From IMG/VR virus record IMGVR_UViG_3300017748_000002, positions 32,001 through 96,000 of that record: a stretch of 64,000 nucleotides of DNA; one strand, written 5' to 3'. The stretch's first letter is position 1. Each line of letters begins with the position of its first letter. Under the pieces are notes generated by a model, which was not told where the DNA came from, made no database searches, and saw only the letters and a program-made list of their open reading frames with translations. Made by a program: the position numbers and the translations under genes. The DNA comes from a virus. Shown piece after piece: positions 18,985 through 27,162 of this stretch.

Positions 18985-19552
18985 TCTATCAGATCCTATT
19001 GCAACTTGGGTAACTAAGTCGAATGAAATGGGAGCCGATATTGGAGATCTAGCGACGCTAAGTGATTCAGCCGCGACGCTTGTTCATGCCATTAACGCCA
19101 TAGATTCAGATATTGGTAATCGAGCATCACTTACTACTCCGGCGGTTGACTTAGTAACTGCTATAAATAATCTTGCGAATACGTTCTTTGAGGTAACAGA
19201 TTCTGCTGATATTAAGAATTACTTTGTTAGTACTTCAGGTATTGGTGGCATTACGTTTGATAGCGGATCCGGTGGATCGCGTGGATCATTTACTCTTGTG
19301 AATGATGCAATTAACGCATCTAAGATTCAAGATTTTGCTGTCCAACAAGAACACTTTAATGATAGCTCTGTTCCAAGTCGAGCATTTAGAGCTCAGGTAG
19401 TTTCTAATTCGGCCTTAGCTGATTCTGCGGTATCATTTCACAAAATTCAAAGTGGAGCAATCAAATCGACTAACTTTGCTTCAACAACTAAATTAGAAAT
19501 TAAAAATTCAGCGGGAACAACGCTTAAAACAATGTACGGACCTGGAGTTTAA
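18965..19552 (+). CDS. Short fibre/whisker-like virion protein
   Basis: INLSD.I.TW..K.N and LV.AIN repeats typical of trimeric fibre N-termini; GAGG RBS; six Asp-Ser dipeptides. Confidence 0.6.
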   Translation: MAQTTINLSDPIATWVTKSNEMGADIGDLATLSDSAATLVHAINAIDSDIGNRASLTTPAVDLVTAINNLANTFFEVTDSADIKNYFVSTSGIGGITFDSGSGGSRGSFTLVNDAINASKIQDFAVQQEHFNDSSVPSRAFRAQVVSNSALADSAVSFHKIQSGAIKSTNFASTTKLEIKNSAGTTLKTMYGPGV

Positions 19553-19554
19553 TA

Positions 19555-20502
19555 ATGACAGTATTTCCACTTAAATATGATGGCAGTGATTCGCTGCAAG
19601 ATATGACTGATGCTGAACTTGAAAGAGTCACGTATTACACACAAGCAGCATACGCTGCAGTTTTGAGTGCTAATGGAATCGGATACGTTTTTGCTGGATC
19701 AGGCGAAACGGATATCGGTTCTGCGTCAGACACTAGTTCTACACAACAAACGAACGGCACTAGAAAACTTACTAACTCTGGTACTACTCAAGGTTACCCA
19801 GGCTATCCAGGGACTGGTACAGAAACAGACGCAACATACGATTACCGTCAAAACAGATCTTCACCGACTGCTGTTTCGGCTGCGGTGTTTAACGAACACG
19901 GCCCAGTGTATTATGATTCTGGAAGTGATCATATCATTCCATTTACTACCGAAGCTCAAATTGCTGATGTGATCACTAATCAAGCGATTACAAATATGAG
20001 AACTGGTGATGAGGTTGGTTCTTATAGAGTATCAACATCTACTCCTTCAAACGGAGGAGCTGGAACATGGACTGATAAAGGTACATTCTTCGCAGATACT
20101 ACTTATTCAGCTGGTACAACAACATATAAGCTTTGGGTAAAAACTGCGTTAGATAGTATTCCCGGATCAGATACGTTTCCTCTTAACCTTGAAGGTGCTG
20201 GCACAACTGGTCAGTTACAACAAGCTGAGATTACAGCTGCTAGCGGGCTGGTACAAAACGTCTTGTTACCTTCTCTGCAGCGTAAAATGTCAAGTGGTCT
20301 ATACTACACAGTGGCTACATCAACATCTGGAGAGACTCGTGGAACATTCACAAACACTCGTCAAACTGGAACAACAAATTCACAGTCTCTCGGAGTAGAT
20401 ACAATTGGCGGTGTTTACGGTACGTTTTATCGGTCTATAAGTAGTCCATCAGGCAGTGCCTCAACAGTAACAACATATTATTTTAATATGATCCCTGCAT
20501 AA
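19555..20502 (+). CDS. Hypothetical virion-associated protein (Thr/Ser/Gly-rich)
   Basis: Long ORF coupled to the fibre-like gene, with structural-protein composition. Confidence 0.6.
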   Translation: MTVFPLKYDGSDSLQDMTDAELERVTYYTQAAYAAVLSANGIGYVFAGSGETDIGSASDTSSTQQTNGTRKLTNSGTTQGYPGYPGTGTETDATYDYRQNRSSPTAVSAAVFNEHGPVYYDSGSDHIIPFTTEAQIADVITNQAITNMRTGDEVGSYRVSTSTPSNGGAGTWTDKGTFFADTTYSAGTTTYKLWVKTALDSIPGSDTFPLNLEGAGTTGQLQQAEITAASGLVQNVLLPSLQRKMSSGLYYTVATSTSGETRGTFTNTRQTGTTNSQSLGVDTIGGVYGTFYRSISSPSGSASTVTTYYFNMIPA

Positions 20503-20512
20503 GGAATATGAA

Positions 20513-21043
20513 ATGAAAACAAGAGACGGAAGATTAGTCAATGCTCGATTTACAGATACAGATAATACGCTGATCAGAGCAGAATTTAAAAATTATGAAA
20601 ACGATGGTGCTGTAACTATTGCGCACCATGCATTTAATCCTGAAAATAAAATTGTTCATGAAATTTTACAAGAGTTTTCTCCAGAAGATCTTGAGAGAAA
20701 CTACGTAGAATTTAATAAAGAAGAATCAATTCGCGTAGCTTACTTTAACAAGTTCGCCGAAAGATTTGATGAGATTGTTGACTATCTTGATTCCGGCGTT
20801 GCACCTCAAGCACCGGCCGAAGAAAAGCCAATTAATCTTACATCAATTAAAGAAATTGGAAATAATGCTGAAGAATTCTTTAAACTGAAACTTGAAGTAT
20901 TTGAACTTGAAGAAGTAAAAAATTCAAAGAATCGCAAATGGAAAGCGAGTATGCGAAAGGCAACTACCAGCCTCGAACTTCTCTCGTTACTTTATGAGGT
21001 GTATTCGACCCTTGAAAATGAAGAAGGCGAACGTCTGGATTAA
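20513..21043 (+). CDS. Hypothetical protein
   Basis: AAGGA RBS, 176 aa, charged helical C-terminus; last gene before the enzyme island. Confidence 0.65.
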   Translation: MKTRDGRLVNARFTDTDNTLIRAEFKNYENDGAVTIAHHAFNPENKIVHEILQEFSPEDLERNYVEFNKEESIRVAYFNKFAERFDEIVDYLDSGVAPQAPAEEKPINLTSIKEIGNNAEEFFKLKLEVFELEEVKNSKNRKWKASMRKATTSLELLSLLYEVYSTLENEEGERLD

Positions 21044-21632
21044 ACTCTTCTCCAAGAAACAGGTACTCTCCAGGATAGCGCAAGTTAGCGTCTAAAATAA
21101 AGTTATTGTTATACTGAGCCCACTTATTCCAATTAGTCATCCAAGTTTCGGGTAAGAATTTAAGCTTCAGTCTTTCTTTTACAGAGTCTTCTACAAAATA
21201 CTGTTCACCATTAACGGGGCCGCAAGTGGTCCCGTTTTTGATATAATACTCCATCCAATATTCAGAATCCGACACAAATTTATCATAGATGTATTTACAA
21301 TCTTTTGGATAATACTTTTGAAATCCACCTTGTAGTCTATAATTTAATTCTGGATCTACATCATCCCACCAACAATATGCTCCAATAAACTCACCGCGTT
21401 CGATCGGATAATTTATCGCATCCATATAATCATTGATAAAGCTCATATCTATATCAATAACTACGACTGGTTCGTCGATATCTAAAGACATTGGAACTAA
21501 CTTATTCCATTGTGCTTTTCCAATAGTCTCTTCACGAATCCAATTTACGTTTGGTATTTTTGAATCAATGTACTCTTCGTATTCTGGGCCGTATTTGTCG
21601 CCAGTACGGACAGCGTAGACTCGTGGTTCCAT
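20964..21632 (-). CDS. GT-A-like glycosyltransferase
   Basis: VRTGDKYGPEY N-terminus, W.KL, DID (DxD) motif, GEQ.FV, HF near C-terminus; paralog of 25005-25697. Confidence 0.7.
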   Translation of the reverse strand: MEPRVYAVRTGDKYGPEYEEYIDSKIPNVNWIREETIGKAQWNKLVPMSLDIDEPVVVIDIDMSFINDYMDAINYPIERGEFIGAYCWWDDVDPELNYRLQGGFQKYYPKDCKYIYDKFVSDSEYWMEYYIKNGTTCGPVNGEQYFVEDSVKERLKLKFLPETWMTNWNKWAQYNNNFILDANLRYPGEYLFLGEEFNPDVRLLHFQGSNTPHKVTREVRGW

Positions 21633-22138
21633 AGTTCGTCCTTCGCATGATTGTATAGTGTGATTGGCATTTTACCACCATCCCACAAATATGAATCACA
21701 TACTTTATCGTAAGTATTATATTCTATTTCTTTGTATAAAAACTCGTCAATGCCTTTATTATATTTTACCATATAATAGTCAGGATCTTCAGCAAACTTA
21801 TCATGAATATGCGAGTGATCTCCTGACCAAGACATGATAGAACTATTCAATGGTGTATGAAAAGGCTGCCTCCACCATGCGTGAAGAAGAGTAAATTTAT
21901 CACGCCAAAGATGATCGATAGTGCCCCCAATAAAAACGTCGAGATCAAAATACAGGTATTGTCCGGTTTTAAAAAGATCAAACAGGCGAAGCTTATCATA
22001 CACACCACCGTATAAAATATCGTCAACAACAGATAGTCTATCATATTGAGCTCCTATGTTATCTAGCATATATTCTATATTGTGTATCCAATATGATTGT
22101 CCATACGCTGGTGGTGTGTTGAGTAATACTATTTCCAT
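21545..22138 (-). CDS. GT-A-like glycosyltransferase
   Basis: KL.LF, LYFDLDV (DxD), LNSSIMSW, GIDEFL motifs. Confidence 0.72.
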   Translation of the reverse strand: MEIVLLNTPPAYGQSYWIHNIEYMLDNIGAQYDRLSVVDDILYGGVYDKLRLFDLFKTGQYLYFDLDVFIGGTIDHLWRDKFTLLHAWWRQPFHTPLNSSIMSWSGDHSHIHDKFAEDPDYYMVKYNKGIDEFLYKEIEYNTYDKVCDSYLWDGGKMPITLYNHAKDELWNHESTLSVLATNTAQNTKSTLIQKYQT

Positions 22139-23052
22139 TTTTCAACCATCGTGTCGAGTTTACAATGACAAGAAATAATATCACAAGTATACGGATCAGC
22201 CGGTAATCTCCACACTGTATTAACGTTTCCAAGTGGCAAGTCAGCTCCAGCACAACATCTTCGAATAGTACCATCTGCTTCAACAGATAAGCTTTTAATA
22301 CCAGCCATACATTTCCATCCACGGAAATCTACTTCTTTGTTAGCGATCATATCAGGATGAGCTCGTTCTTCTCCATCGATATAGATTTTCCAAGGATACG
22401 GCCAGTTAACTTTTAATGGCAAGCATCTTTTCTCTCTCGATTGAGTGATCCACTTAATTTGTTCAGGACTATAATCCATTAGCTTACCATCGCCTTGAAT
22501 ACTTACTCGAGTCAATTTAGCATTCACATCAACAGTAGCTTTACTTTCTATAATTCTTTCAACTAACTTTTGAGCTCTATCGAAATTTTCAGGAGTCACT
22601 TGTAAATTAGCGACAATCTCTCCTTTTGATTGCATTGCTTGAATTACGTCAAAGAAATGATCATCGTCAGCAAACTCATAATGCCAACTGAATACAATGT
22701 AAGCATTAAGATCTTCAGGCCATTGATTCCAATATCGTAAAGTGCGACTTCCATTTGTACAAATTTCAATAATTCTATTTGGAGAGTTAATCTTTTTACA
22801 GAATTCGTCAAACTTTGGCATGAGTGTTGGTTCACCACCTAACAAGGATACTAACATATACTCATTATTCTTTTCAAAGTCGTTGAGAAGATCTACATAG
22901 TTTTCCCAGTCAGCTGGCCATCTGTTTTTTCCGCCATAATGATATGGATGACAATAGCTACACTTATAATTACACACGTCATGAAGCATGATATTTACAA
23001 TGCCGCAATCTGGATTGTTGTTTGTAATTCTCATACGATTATCTATTTCCAT
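22129..23052 (-). CDS. Radical SAM enzyme with C-terminal twitch-like Cys domain (subfamily B)
   Basis: CNYKCSYC, GGEPT, TNGSR, W.C.AG...DG.I.RC...C....C.C. Confidence 0.9.
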   Translation of the reverse strand: MEIDNRMRITNNNPDCGIVNIMLHDVCNYKCSYCHPYHYGGKNRWPADWENYVDLLNDFEKNNEYMLVSLLGGEPTLMPKFDEFCKKINSPNRIIEICTNGSRTLRYWNQWPEDLNAYIVFSWHYEFADDDHFFDVIQAMQSKGEIVANLQVTPENFDRAQKLVERIIESKATVDVNAKLTRVSIQGDGKLMDYSPEQIKWITQSREKRCLPLKVNWPYPWKIYIDGEERAHPDMIANKEVDFRGWKCMAGIKSLSVEADGTIRRCCAGADLPLGNVNTVWRLPADPYTCDIISCHCKLDTMVEKWK

Positions 23053-23930
23053 TTAGTTAGTATAGTTTCAAGCCGACAGGTACAAGGTTTATGAGTATCA
23101 CAAATGATCGGATCTTTCGGAAGCTCAAAATACGTATTAATATTTCCTAAGCTACCACCTACTTGTTTTGTGCATCGCCATATTTCGCCATTGGTGTGTA
23201 CATAAATTCTATCAAGGCCAGCATTACATTTCCACCCTTGAAACCAATAGTTTTCTGATGCTATCATTTCTGATAATTTGCCGGCACTACACTCGAGTGG
23301 TAAAACAAAGTTTGGACCTGATTGAGTATTATTCCAATAATGAGATTGAATCCATTTTTTCTGTTCATCAGTATATTCAAAATAGTCAGGTCCGTCGATC
23401 ACGACTCGAGTAAACTTTGGAATTGCTTCTACTCTTAATTTTTTTTCTACTATTCTATGGTATAGTGCTTGTCCTCTTTCGTAATTATCTGGAGTCAATA
23501 AGAATGTAGCCACACACATAGCTTTGTCTTGCATGATCTCGAGAACATCAAGGTAATGGTCGTCATCTGCTTCTTCATGGTGCCAACTAAAGAGAGCAGT
23601 TGCTGTATGTTTTGGTAAGCTTTCCCAGTACCGCTTTGTTCTACTTCCATTAGTAGCGTATTCAATGTACGTACGATCATCACTAATATAATCTATAAAG
23701 TCATGAAACTTTGGCCATAAAGTTGGCTCACCACCGAGAATCTGAACATACACATATTTCTTTTTTTCTTTGATCTCGTCAATTAGATCAAGGTATCCAT
23801 CCCACTTAGTAGGCCAACGGTACGACCCATCGCGATGTTCATCACTACAATAGCTACAATTAAAATTGCAGACATTATGGACAAACAACGAGACAATACA
23901 GCAATCTGGATTTGAGTTAATTATTTCCAT
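23043..23930 (-). CDS. Radical SAM enzyme with C-terminal twitch-like Cys domain (subfamily B)
   Basis: CNFNCSYC, GGEPT, TNGSR, WKCNAG...NG.I.RC...C.....C.C; tandem paralog of 22129-23052. Confidence 0.9.
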   Translation of the reverse strand: MEIINSNPDCCIVSLFVHNVCNFNCSYCSDEHRDGSYRWPTKWDGYLDLIDEIKEKKKYVYVQILGGEPTLWPKFHDFIDYISDDRTYIEYATNGSRTKRYWESLPKHTATALFSWHHEEADDDHYLDVLEIMQDKAMCVATFLLTPDNYERGQALYHRIVEKKLRVEAIPKFTRVVIDGPDYFEYTDEQKKWIQSHYWNNTQSGPNFVLPLECSAGKLSEMIASENYWFQGWKCNAGLDRIYVHTNGEIWRCTKQVGGSLGNINTYFELPKDPIICDTHKPCTCRLETILTKWK

Positions 23931-24556
23931 TTGCCGAGTATCATGTACCTCGTATATTGATCTGGAGTACCTTCATTAAATCTCTTCTTACCACCATAGA
24001 GTTCTTTGACATCAGCCTGAGCTGCGAGCTCTTGACCGGTCTTGACACAGTTAATATGGTCTGGTTCGTTTGTCTTGTCATTTGACTGTAGAGCTAAAAG
24101 AGTACGCTCAGGTTCTTCATAATACTCTTTTGTTGTGTTCATATTCCACATATGCTCACATGAAGTATTTATTACTAAATGTGTACGTCTTTTTTCTGTA
24201 TAAGTAAAGTAGTCCTGATTAAAAATACGTACGTTGTCATAACCAAAAAGATCACAATACTTCCAAATCATTTTACACGCCCATGAGTCAATCTCAAAAA
24301 TATCGATCTCACGAATTTGAATATTCCACTCATCCATTAGAAATTGAATAAGAGGAAACCCATACCATCCACCAATGATTTCTACACGAAACTTTCCGTT
24401 CTCATCTCTCGGAATCTGAACGTTTGGTAAACCTTCATAAACCAGCCACTCTTTACACTTAATCTGGTTTGGATGCAAAGAATCTATCCAACGATCTAAC
24501 ATAAATGAATGATTGTGACGAAGCCATTTCATCATTTCAGCATATTCAAGTTGCAT
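23921..24556 (-). CDS. Class I SAM-dependent methyltransferase-like protein
   Basis: IIGGWYG glycine loop, FEID acidic motif II, LVINTSCEHM, QSN, RYMILG; GGAGGG RBS. Confidence 0.7.
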   Translation of the reverse strand: MQLEYAEMMKWLRHNHSFMLDRWIDSLHPNQIKCKEWLVYEGLPNVQIPRDENGKFRVEIIGGWYGFPLIQFLMDEWNIQIREIDIFEIDSWACKMIWKYCDLFGYDNVRIFNQDYFTYTEKRRTHLVINTSCEHMWNMNTTKEYYEEPERTLLALQSNDKTNEPDHINCVKTGQELAAQADVKELYGGKKRFNEGTPDQYTRYMILGKWK

Positions 24557-24586
24557 ATACTACCCTCCGGATTAAATTCTTACTTT

Positions 24587-24616
24587 ATTATACACCATTT
24601 ATGTTCTCCCGTAAAC
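24587..24616 (-). promoter_or_regulatory. Sigma70-type (T4 early-like) promoter
   Basis: Minus strand reads GTTTACG-17 nt-TATAAT (hexamer TTTACG 24615-24610, TATAAT 24592-24587), 30 nt upstream of the methyltransferase ATG. Confidence 0.6.
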
Positions 24617-25012
24617 AATAAAATGAGTTTTCTGCTCACTTATTATTTCAAACGAATCGTATATTTCTTTGACATTATACCATCCAACTAGATCTTCGAC
24701 AGATTCAACTGGACAACAATCTCCGTTATGCTTTTCGTTATCACCGATGAGTAGTACATCTCCTTCGAGTGTAATAGGATATGTTTTTTCGCAGTTAGCA
24801 TGAACAACTAAATCAGCATTAAGATCTACGTCGTCAAACACGAAATCCTTGTTAATAAAGATAGGGCTATTCATGAATTTTGGATCGTAGTCAATTCCTT
24901 TTACGTTGATACCACATGATGCTAACTTATGTAGAAAATCTTTTCGAGCATTGCATGCTAAGAATATGATAGAATCATAGTTAAAGTATATCGATTCAAA
25001 TTTATCAATCAT
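24599..25012 (-). CDS. Small methyltransferase-like protein (divergent paralog of 23921-24556)
   Basis: GIDYDP, DLVVHANCEKTYP similar to LVINTSCEHM, GDN....DCCPV.S.EDL similar to SND....DHINCV....EL; likely start ATG 25012. Confidence 0.5.
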   Translation of the reverse strand: MIDKFESIYFNYDSIIFLACNARKDFLHKLASCGINVKGIDYDPKFMNSPIFINKDFVFDDVDLNADLVVHANCEKTYPITLEGDVLLIGDNEKHNGDCCPVESVEDLVGWYNVKEIYDSFEIISEQKTHFIVYGRT

Positions 25013-25697
25013 AGCTTTTCCATAATTTAACTGTATCTTTGTCAGCCTCGTCGAGCTCGTATGACTCCTCCACGATACCTTTGTTCCTCGCAATATGGGA
25101 TGTATTGAAAATAGAAATCTTTCCTTTTAACTCGAATCCTTGCCGATTATAATTTGTCACAAACCCTTCATCCCAGAACTTGAGACGATTATTTCTATGG
25201 TGTTGATAAAAGAGATATTTATCTAGAGACTTATATGTCCACTCAATCTTCTTCCAATTGTCATTAGTAAACTGAATAAGCCACTCAGGATTGTTGAACT
25301 TTACAAAAGAACTATTGACATGACAAGAACCGCCTTTACCATACCAAAGTAAAGATCGCTCGCGATAATCATTCCAATAGTTCCAAATCATGGTAAAATC
25401 GTTATCATTTTCAATGTCTGTAATATCGTCATGAATTAGCACGTCTAAATCAAGCCACACACCCTTCTCGTGTTTTTCCATAAGAATCAACTTCTCATAG
25501 GTAAACACACGATCCGTATCAAATTTTCTTAATGATTTGATATTTTTTACCTTTACTTCTTCGCGTAACATGTTATAATTATCTGTATAGCATGTTAATG
25601 TAAAGGGTTTTTTATAGTGCTTTTTGAGGCCGCCGTACAGCCGATTTACGTATTCGGGACCGTACTTGTCGCCCCATTTCAGTGTATAGAAATCCAT
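25005..25697 (-). CDS. GT-A-like glycosyltransferase
   Basis: LKWGDKYGPEYVNRLY..L, TCYTD, WLDLDV (DxD), VNSS; start ATG 25697 with GAGG RBS. Confidence 0.78.
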   Translation of the reverse strand: MDFYTLKWGDKYGPEYVNRLYGGLKKHYKKPFTLTCYTDNYNMLREEVKVKNIKSLRKFDTDRVFTYEKLILMEKHEKGVWLDLDVLIHDDITDIENDNDFTMIWNYWNDYRERSLLWYGKGGSCHVNSSFVKFNNPEWLIQFTNDNWKKIEWTYKSLDKYLFYQHHRNNRLKFWDEGFVTNYNRQGFELKGKISIFNTSHIARNKGIVEESYELDEADKDTVKLWKSYD

Positions 25698-25705
25698 TAT
25701 AAATA
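25698..25705 (+). promoter_or_regulatory. T4-type late promoter TATAAATA at the head of the rightward arm of the enzyme island
   Basis: Exact motif 32 nt upstream of the first plus-strand radical SAM gene. Confidence 0.75.
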
Positions 25706-25737
25706 CCTCGTGTAACACTATATATAAAGGTTTCATT

Positions 25738-27162
25738 ATGAGCGTAGATGATCAGTTCCCCTCCTCCACTTTTTGTGCTTTACCGTGGATGCATCTTTCT
25801 ACTAGACCAAATGGTCATATGAGAGTATGTTGTACTGCGAATGCTTCAGGCGTCGCAGTAAACGCGAGCTCTACCAATAAGACTGTTTCAGAGTCTGGTG
25901 TACTTCGTAATGATGACGGTAAACCATCAAATCTCGCCACCACCGGTTTGATGGAATCGTGGAATAACGAATATATGCGTGGCGTTAGAAGGATGATGTT
26001 AAATGGAGAACAACCAAGCTCCTGTACAAAATGTTATAAAGAAGAAGAAGCTGGCCACATTTCTAAAAGAATCTGGGAAACTCGTAAGTGGATCAAAGAC
26101 CAAGGCGGGATTGAACCAATTATCGAAGGCACAGCAGAAGATGGATCAGTGGCTCCAAGAATACGCTATATCGACCTTCGCCTTGGCAGTAAGTGTCAGC
26201 TTGCATGCGTTATGTGCTCTCCTCATGATTCAAGTAATTGGGTAAAAGAACATAAAAAGATTTACCCTACACTTGAAAACAACAATCTGAAAAAGTCAAT
26301 GGCTTGGGAAAAAGAATCCGGCAAGTTAGCTTGGTCAGGTGGATCCTACAATTGGCATAAGAAGAATCCAAAGTTCTGGGATGAACTATACGAAACACTT
26401 CCGCATCTACGTCAATTGTACTTTGCTGGTGGTGAGCCACTCATTATGGATGAGCACTACATGTTGCTTGAGAAATGTATTGAAGATGGATTAGCACCAG
26501 ACATTGAATTACGTTATAACTCAAATGGTATTGAGTGGCGTGATGACTTGTTTGATCTATGGTCAAAGTTTCGTAATGTTATCTTTCACTTCAGTGTAGA
26601 TGACATTGAGATGAGAAATCATTTCATTCGGTATCCATCTAACTGGGAAGTTATTACAGGTTCAATTCAAAAGATGGATGATTATCCACACGGCAATCTT
26701 ACATTGACAACAGCCACAACAATTATGGCACTTAATATTATGTACATGCCAGAATTTATTAAATGGAAACTTGAATCAAACTTTAAGTTACTCAACAAAT
26801 GGCCAAATGGTGCCGGCATTTTCAATTGTCATCTTGCTTATTGGCCACCACAACTCAACGTAAAAGTTTTGCCTGAATGGTTTAAACAAGAAGTCAGACA
26901 GAAATATGAAGAAGAGTTGTATCCATATCTAGAAGAAAACTGGCAAAAATGCACAGGAGTAGAAGCTACTGACTATGATACATGGCGCAATTCCGAATAT
27001 GGAATCAATAGACTAGAAGGACTACTTACTTTTATGGAAGCTGAAGATTGGTCTGAAAGATTACCTGAAACTGCTGAATGGTGTTATAAAGTAGGAAAAG
27101 AAAGATTCCTTGATTTCAATGAAGTCTTTCCAGATCTCGATTGGTTGGAGTGGTATAAATGA
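25738..27162 (+). CDS. Radical SAM enzyme with N-terminal twitch domain (subfamily A)
   Basis: FCALPW..L..RPNG..RVCC...WN...R..ML.GE..SCTKCY.EE before CQLACVMC; AGGEPL. Confidence 0.92.
   Translation: MSVDDQFPSSTFCALPWMHLSTRPNGHMRVCCTANASGVAVNASSTNKTVSESGVLRNDDGKPSNLATTGLMESWNNEYMRGVRRMMLNGEQPSSCTKCYKEEEAGHISKRIWETRKWIKDQGGIEPIIEGTAEDGSVAPRIRYIDLRLGSKCQLACVMCSPHDSSNWVKEHKKIYPTLENNNLKKSMAWEKESGKLAWSGGSYNWHKKNPKFWDELYETLPHLRQLYFAGGEPLIMDEHYMLLEKCIEDGLAPDIELRYNSNGIEWRDDLFDLWSKFRNVIFHFSVDDIEMRNHFIRYPSNWEVITGSIQKMDDYPHGNLTLTTATTIMALNIMYMPEFIKWKLESNFKLLNKWPNGAGIFNCHLAYWPPQLNVKVLPEWFKQEVRQKYEEELYPYLEENWQKCTGVEATDYDTWRNSEYGINRLEGLLTFMEAEDWSERLPETAEWCYKVGKERFLDFNEVFPDLDWLEWYK

Noticed and set aside
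19162-19169. Extra TATAAATA inside the short fibre gene
   Set aside because: Intragenic, encodes the repeated A-I-N fibre motif, and is far from the next start; probably chance.
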